Shown here: one piece after another, positions 59,733-64,000 of the stretch
Position numbering within the stretch: the first letter of the stretch is position 1
Layout of the letters: the number at the start of each line of letters is the position of its first letter
From: Chitinophagales bacterium
GTDB taxonomy: Bacteria > Bacteroidota > Bacteroidia > Chitinophagales > JADIYW01
Direction of reading: 5' to 3'
Assembly (NCBI GenBank): GCA_017984135.1
Contig: JAGNZZ010000010.1
Coordinates: forward strand, 10,604-74,603
DNA length: 64,000 nucleotides
Translations under genes and position numbers: made by a program
Notes under the pieces: generated by a model
The model's input: only the letters and a program-made list of their open reading frames with translations
The model's database searches: none
What the model was told of the DNA's origin: nothing

Positions 59733-60680
59733 TTATCCTTCGGCAATTTTTGATTTGTTGTTTCCTTTTATGCTAATCAGCAGTACGCCAACCAATACTA
59801 ATATGGTACCTGAAAGATGCATTAACGTAAAATCTTCATTCAAAATGTAATACGATAAAACTATCGTTGCTATCGGACCAATGCTGGCGATAATAGCCAT
59901 ATTGGATGAGCCAATATATGAAATGCCTTTTGTCATTAAAAAGGATGGTAAAACTGTGCTCACAATGGCAATGGTTAATCCTATGAAATATACTTGAATC
60001 GGGAAGTGAAAGATGTCAAATCCATTGACTAAAATAAAATGTATAATCACTGCAATGCAAGATACAATCATGGAAATACATGTAAAACGAATAGTGCCTA
60101 CATTTTTTATTAAATGATCGCTTTTGACCAAATACAATGCATAGGTTAAGGCGCTTAATAAAATAAAGATGGTTCCTTTCGTTAAATTGCTGGAAACATA
60201 AGCGGCTTTGTCGGAATAAAATGCAATGACAATTCCTATATAACATACAACAACTGCGGTTATTTGGGTGCTATTTATTTTTCGGTTAAAAAAAAGTTTA
60301 GACAATAAAAGCACAAAAGTTGGATAGGTAAAAATTATATTTCGCTCTAAAGATGCACTCACATATTGAAGTCCAATAAAATCAAACAGTGCCGCGAGGT
60401 AGTAACCAATTAACCCAAGGATGATGATATTCCACCAATCATTTTTATTAATTTGTGCAGGTGTTTTTTTTCGATATTCATTTGCCAAAATAACAACATA
60501 AAAAGGTAAGGCAAACAACATGCGTAGCATTAATATTTGCAATCCATTAACTCCATATTGAAATGATAATTTTGCAAAAATGCCTTTTGTAGAAAAACAC
60601 AAAGCACCAAAAAACACAAAAATTATTCCTTTGTAAAAATTAGAAGACATAAAAAAAGCAGCCAATAATTGGCTGCTCAA
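59733..60680 (-). CDS. DMT-superfamily (EamA-like) transporter
   Basis: 315 aa, about 10 TM segments, with a duplicated EamA-like organisation. Confidence 0.7.
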   Translation of the reverse strand: MSSQLLAAFFMSSNFYKGIIFVFFGALCFSTKGIFAKLSFQYGVNGLQILMLRMLFALPFYVVILANEYRKKTPAQINKNDWWNIIILGLIGYYLAALFDFIGLQYVSASLERNIIFTYPTFVLLLSKLFFNRKINSTQITAVVVCYIGIVIAFYSDKAAYVSSNLTKGTIFILLSALTYALYLVKSDHLIKNVGTIRFTCISMIVSCIAVIIHFILVNGFDIFHFPIQVYFIGLTIAIVSTVLPSFLMTKGISYIGSSNMAIIASIGPIATIVLSYYILNEDFTLMHLSGTILVLVGVLLISIKGNNKSKIAEG

Positions 60681-60700
60681 AGGTACTCATTTTATAGAGT

Positions 60701-61654
60701 TTATTTCATGGTGAACGTAGATTGTCCTATTAAGAAACCGTTTTGATATACTTCAACAGAATATTTTCCGGAAGCAAATTTAAACGTTTGTGCCCAATAA
60801 GAACAAACTGTTTTAGTTTCATTTTGGTAATCCGGAGAAATGGTATAGGTGTAAGGAATTTCATTTCCCGTAGTAGCTTCTTTAAATGTTCCACTACCTA
60901 AACTTTGCATTTGTATGGTGGAGCCATCTGGAGAAATAATGCGAATAGAAAGTGCAGTTTGACCGCTTGGTGAAATTTTATTTTGCAATAAATCAAAACA
61001 AATTCTCAATTTTTCAGCATCTTTTGCTTTGCTTACTTCATCTTCTTTTCCTTTTTTAGTAATGCGAATTGGAGAGCATTGAATGTTTGCTGTTGTTAAA
61101 ATAGAAGCTTTGTCAATTCTGTCTTTCATTTTCTGATTTTCATCATCTACTTCTTGCTTTTTTTGAATAGTAGTTTTCAATTCACCACTAATGCTGTCGC
61201 GCTCCTGGAATAAAATCTGATTAACAGCAATTAAAGAGTCAATAGAAGTTTGCATACGCACTTTATCGTCTTCCATTTGTTTAATTAATGTTTGTGCTTC
61301 TGCTAATAATTTAGATTTTGTAGCATCACCATTTTTAAGCTTGGATACTTCCGTCAATAACGCATCTACTTTTGCACGTTTAGCGCCTAATTCTTGCTCT
61401 TTAACAGTCAATAAACTGTCTAAACCAGCATTTTCTGCACGATATCTCTCAATATCTTGCATAGATTCAGCATATTTACTGTCTAATTCTTGTTTCAAAG
61501 TTGAAACATCATCGCGTTGTTTTTCGGTAACAACAATAGTTTCTTTCGATTTTTTTAATTTGAGATTGGTGTACACCAATCCGCCAATCAATAATGCAAT
61601 TAATACAATATACATTGCATGTAATTTCCCATTGGAATTTTCATTTTCTGCCAT
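60701..61654 (-). CDS. Hypothetical membrane-anchored coiled-coil protein with a C-terminal beta-rich domain
   Basis: One TM segment (MYIVLIALLIGGLVY), about 170 aa of coiled coil and about 120 aa of C-terminal domain. I recognise no family. Confidence 0.55.
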   Translation of the reverse strand: MAENENSNGKLHAMYIVLIALLIGGLVYTNLKLKKSKETIVVTEKQRDDVSTLKQELDSKYAESMQDIERYRAENAGLDSLLTVKEQELGAKRAKVDALLTEVSKLKNGDATKSKLLAEAQTLIKQMEDDKVRMQTSIDSLIAVNQILFQERDSISGELKTTIQKKQEVDDENQKMKDRIDKASILTTANIQCSPIRITKKGKEDEVSKAKDAEKLRICFDLLQNKISPSGQTALSIRIISPDGSTIQMQSLGSGTFKEATTGNEIPYTYTISPDYQNETKTVCSYWAQTFKFASGKYSVEVYQNGFLIGQSTFTMK

Positions 61655-61773
61655 AAAAAAATATTTTAATGTTTACGTTAATACAAACTTACTGAAAAAA
61701 TCGTTATTATTTATCTATAATTCGTTATATATTGCGAATAATAATTATTTGAGTACATAAAAAATATACGTAT

Positions 61774-62499
61774 ATGCTTGAAAACGTGAAAATTGAAGAT
61801 GTTTTATTTCTAGATATCGAAACAGTTCCAAAAAGTGCTGACTACCATCAATTAAATGAAATTGAAAGAGATTTGTGGGATGAAAAAAAAGGTAAACATC
61901 GCAATGAAGAGGAAACAGAAGCCTATTTCTATTTTAATAATGCCGGAATTTATGCTGAATTTGGTAAAATAATTTGCATTTCAGTAGGATATTTCCAATC
62001 AGCAGGTATGTTTCAAGAATTTGAAATAGTATCATTCTATGGCGATGATGAAAAGAAACTTTTGTCCGATTTTAGTCAATTTTTACAAAATCAATTAAAA
62101 ATAAATAGAAATAAAACTATTTGTGGACATAATGTTCGTGAATTTGATGTGCCATATATTTGTCGTAGAATGTTGATGAATCAATTGAAACTGCCTAATT
62201 ATTTTGAATCCTTACAGGCCAAAAAGCCATGGGAAATAGGCTTGTTAGATTCAATGGATTGGTGGAAATTTGGCGATTATAAAAATTACATTTCTTTAAA
62301 ATTATTGGCATTTTGTTTAGGTATTCCATCTCCAAAAGATGATATTTCAGGCAAAGATGTAGGTAAAGTTTATTGGCAAGAACACGGCTTAGAACGCATT
62401 AAAACGTATTGCCAAAAAGATGTTTTAACAGTTGCACAAATTTTATTAAAATTAAAAGGATTATCTTTGCTTTCAGAGTCGAATATTAAATTAAAATAA
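61774..62499 (+). CDS. Stand-alone DEDDy 3'-5' exonuclease (PolB-exonuclease-like, RNase H fold)
   Basis: Exo I FLDIET, Exo II GHNVREFDVPYI, Exo III YCQKDV. Confidence 0.7.
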   Translation: MLENVKIEDVLFLDIETVPKSADYHQLNEIERDLWDEKKGKHRNEEETEAYFYFNNAGIYAEFGKIICISVGYFQSAGMFQEFEIVSFYGDDEKKLLSDFSQFLQNQLKINRNKTICGHNVREFDVPYICRRMLMNQLKLPNYFESLQAKKPWEIGLLDSMDWWKFGDYKNYISLKLLAFCLGIPSPKDDISGKDVGKVYWQEHGLERIKTYCQKDVLTVAQILLKLKGLSLLSESNIKLK

Positions 62500-62541
62500 G
62501 CACACTTTTAAAAATATTCGTTTAAACTTATAAATATAATT

Positions 62542-64000
62542 ATGGCAGAATTACTTTTAGACGTAAAAAACTTAGTAACAGAATTTAATACAGAAAATGG
62601 CATTGTAAAAGCAGTAAACGATGTCTCTTTTCACGTAAATAAAGGGGAAGTTATCGGCATTGTGGGTGAATCAGGATCCGGAAAATCAGTCACATCTTTA
62701 TCTATCATGCGATTAATTCCTAATCCACCTGGAAAAATTACTTCTGGACAAATTAACTACTATCGAGATGGAAATACACCAATAGATTTAGTAAAAGTGG
62801 AAGATCATCAAATGCGCCAATTTCGTGGAAATGAAATATCCATGATTTTTCAGGAGCCAATGACCTCTTTAAATCCTGTTTTTACCTGCGGTAATCAAGT
62901 GATGGAAGCTTTGATGCTGCATCAAAAGATATCAAAACAAGAAGCAGAACAAAAAACACTCGATTTGTTTGCTCAAGTAAAATTACCCGACCCGAAACGC
63001 GCATTGAATGCTTATCCGCACCAACTTTCAGGTGGACAAAAACAACGCGTGATGATTGCAATGGCAATGAGTTGCCAACCTAAAATATTAATTGCCGACG
63101 AACCGACAACTGCATTAGACGTAACCGTTCAAAAAACTATTTTAGAACTTATCAACGATTTAAGTCAACAAACCGGAATGTCCACTATTTTCATTACACA
63201 CGACTTAGGTGTAATTGCTGAAATTGCCGATCGTGTAATTGTAATGTATAAAGGAGAAATTGTGGAGCAAGGTACAGTATTTGAAATTTTTTCAAATCCC
63301 AAACATCCTTACACCAAAGGCTTATTAGCTTGCCGTCCACCACTAGGAAAACGGTTAAGCAAACTACCAGTGATTGCCGATTTTATGAGTGAAGAAAATG
63401 GCATTATTACAGAAAAAGCAGCGGACATGAATGCTTTAGTTGAAGCATTTGTTGTGAGTGAAGAACAAACTAAAATACGTTTCGAAACGTTACAGCAAGG
63501 CAATCCAATTTTACAATTAAAAAATATACAAACATGGTTTCCTTCTAAAACTAATTTATTAGGTAAACCATTAGAATATGTTAAAGCAGTAGATGATGTT
63601 TCATTTGATGTATATGAAGGTGAAACCTTAGGTTTGGTGGGCGAAAGTGGTTGTGGTAAAACTACTTTAGGTAGAACCATTCTTCGATTAATTGAGCCCA
63701 CTGGTGGAAAAGCTATTTTTGATGGAAAAGATATTTTTAACCTTGGTCAAAGAGATTTAAAAGAACTTAGAGAGCACATGCAAATTATTTTCCAAGATCC
63801 TTATTCTTCGCTCAATCCAAGAATGACAATTGGAAATGCTATTATGGAACCGATGCAAGTGCACAAAAAACATAGCAATGATGCCGAACGAAAAGATAAA
63901 GTGATTGAATTACTAGAGAAAGTAAACATGAAAGCCGAACATTTTCAACGCTATCCACACGAATTTTCAGGTGGTCAGCGCCAGCGTATTTGCATAGCAC
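62542..64000 (+). CDS. ABC transporter ATP-binding protein with two fused ATPase domains (Dpp/Opp D-F type), partial at the window end
   Basis: Absent from the ORF track because it has no stop in the window. My translation starts [15 protein letters not shown]. Walker A GESGSGKS, signature LSGGQKQR and Walker [12 protein letters not shown] are present. The second domain has GESGCGKT and FSGGQRQR at the window end. Confidence 0.85.
   Translation, partial: MAELLLDVKNLVTEFNTENGIVKAVNDVSFHVNKGEVIGIVGESGSGKSVTSLSIMRLIPNPPGKITSGQINYYRDGNTPIDLVKVEDHQMRQFRGNEISMIFQEPMTSLNPVFTCGNQVMEALMLHQKISKQEAEQKTLDLFAQVKLPDPKRALNAYPHQLSGGQKQRVMIAMAMSCQPKILIADEPTTALDVTVQKTILELINDLSQQTGMSTIFITHDLGVIAEIADRVIVMYKGEIVEQGTVFEIFSNPKHPYTKGLLACRPPLGKRLSKLPVIADFMSEENGIITEKAADMNALVEAFVVSEEQTKIRFETLQQGNPILQLKNIQTWFPSKTNLLGKPLEYVKAVDDVSFDVYEGETLGLVGESGCGKTTLGRTILRLIEPTGGKAIFDGKDIFNLGQRDLKELREHMQIIFQDPYSSLNPRMTIGNAIMEPMQVHKKHSNDAERKDKVIELLEKVNMKAEHFQRYPHEFSGGQRQRICIA

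Noticed and set aside
61341-61760. 139-aa ORF antisense to the coiled-coil gene
   Set aside because: It is a mirror frame of a low-complexity coiled-coil coding region and has no start context.
63309-63701. 130-aa ORF (and the one at 62882-63067) antisense to the ABC ATPase gene
   Set aside because: The plus strand encodes clear Walker A, signature and Walker B motifs across this span, so the minus-strand frames are spurious.

Overview
This 64 kb window is low-GC and reads like a core chromosomal region of a Bacteroidota genome. Evidence for that placement: a T9SS C-terminal sorting domain, TAnnTTTG-type -7 promoter boxes, and the RlpA-SPOR and ddl/PASTA gene neighbourhoods. I can support about 60 protein-coding genes and one tRNA-Met(CAT). 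I found no rRNA, CRISPR array, transposase, integrase or phage genes.

Main blocks, in order:
- A partial BamA/TamA-like gene and a TrmH methyltransferase.
- A complete cNOR nitric-oxide reductase cluster (norC-norB-norQ-norD-norE plus a small membrane protein).
- A 1181-aa OmpA-family protein with a long repetitive central region.
- An orphan MutA-like ORF, a GMC oxidoreductase and rlpA.
- Lipid genes (gpsA plus a large HX4D acyltransferase).
- The thrS-infC-(inserted ORF)-rpmI-rplT locus.
- glpK, two tandem tiny lipoprotein genes, tRNA-Met and clpS-aat.
- A circularly permuted ATP-grasp / alpha-E / transglutaminase operon.
- aceB-aceA (glyoxylate shunt), two tandem lipocalin-like paralogs and ddl.
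- A PASTA / T9SS-cargo / DCC cluster, yebC and pyrG.
- A THUMP methyltransferase, a CrtI-like oxidoreductase and a DUF4139-like protein.
- A translationally coupled methyltransferase-SDR-PAP2 operon next to MATE, SDR and EamA genes.
- A PolB-like 3'-5' exonuclease and a partial double-ATPase ABC protein.

Most of the window is ordinary housekeeping DNA, and I see no clear novel defence or mobile system. The items most worth follow-up are:
- the experimentally uncharacterised ATP-grasp/alpha-E/transglutaminase trio;
- the tandem small lipoproteins with 11-residue repeats;
- the giant OmpA protein with a repeated LQxKLxxLKQQQ module;
- a relatively GC-rich island with nested helices upstream of glpK (possible ncRNA);
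- FNR/CRP-like sites upstream of norC.

All functional calls come from motif and family recognition by eye. No database search was possible.
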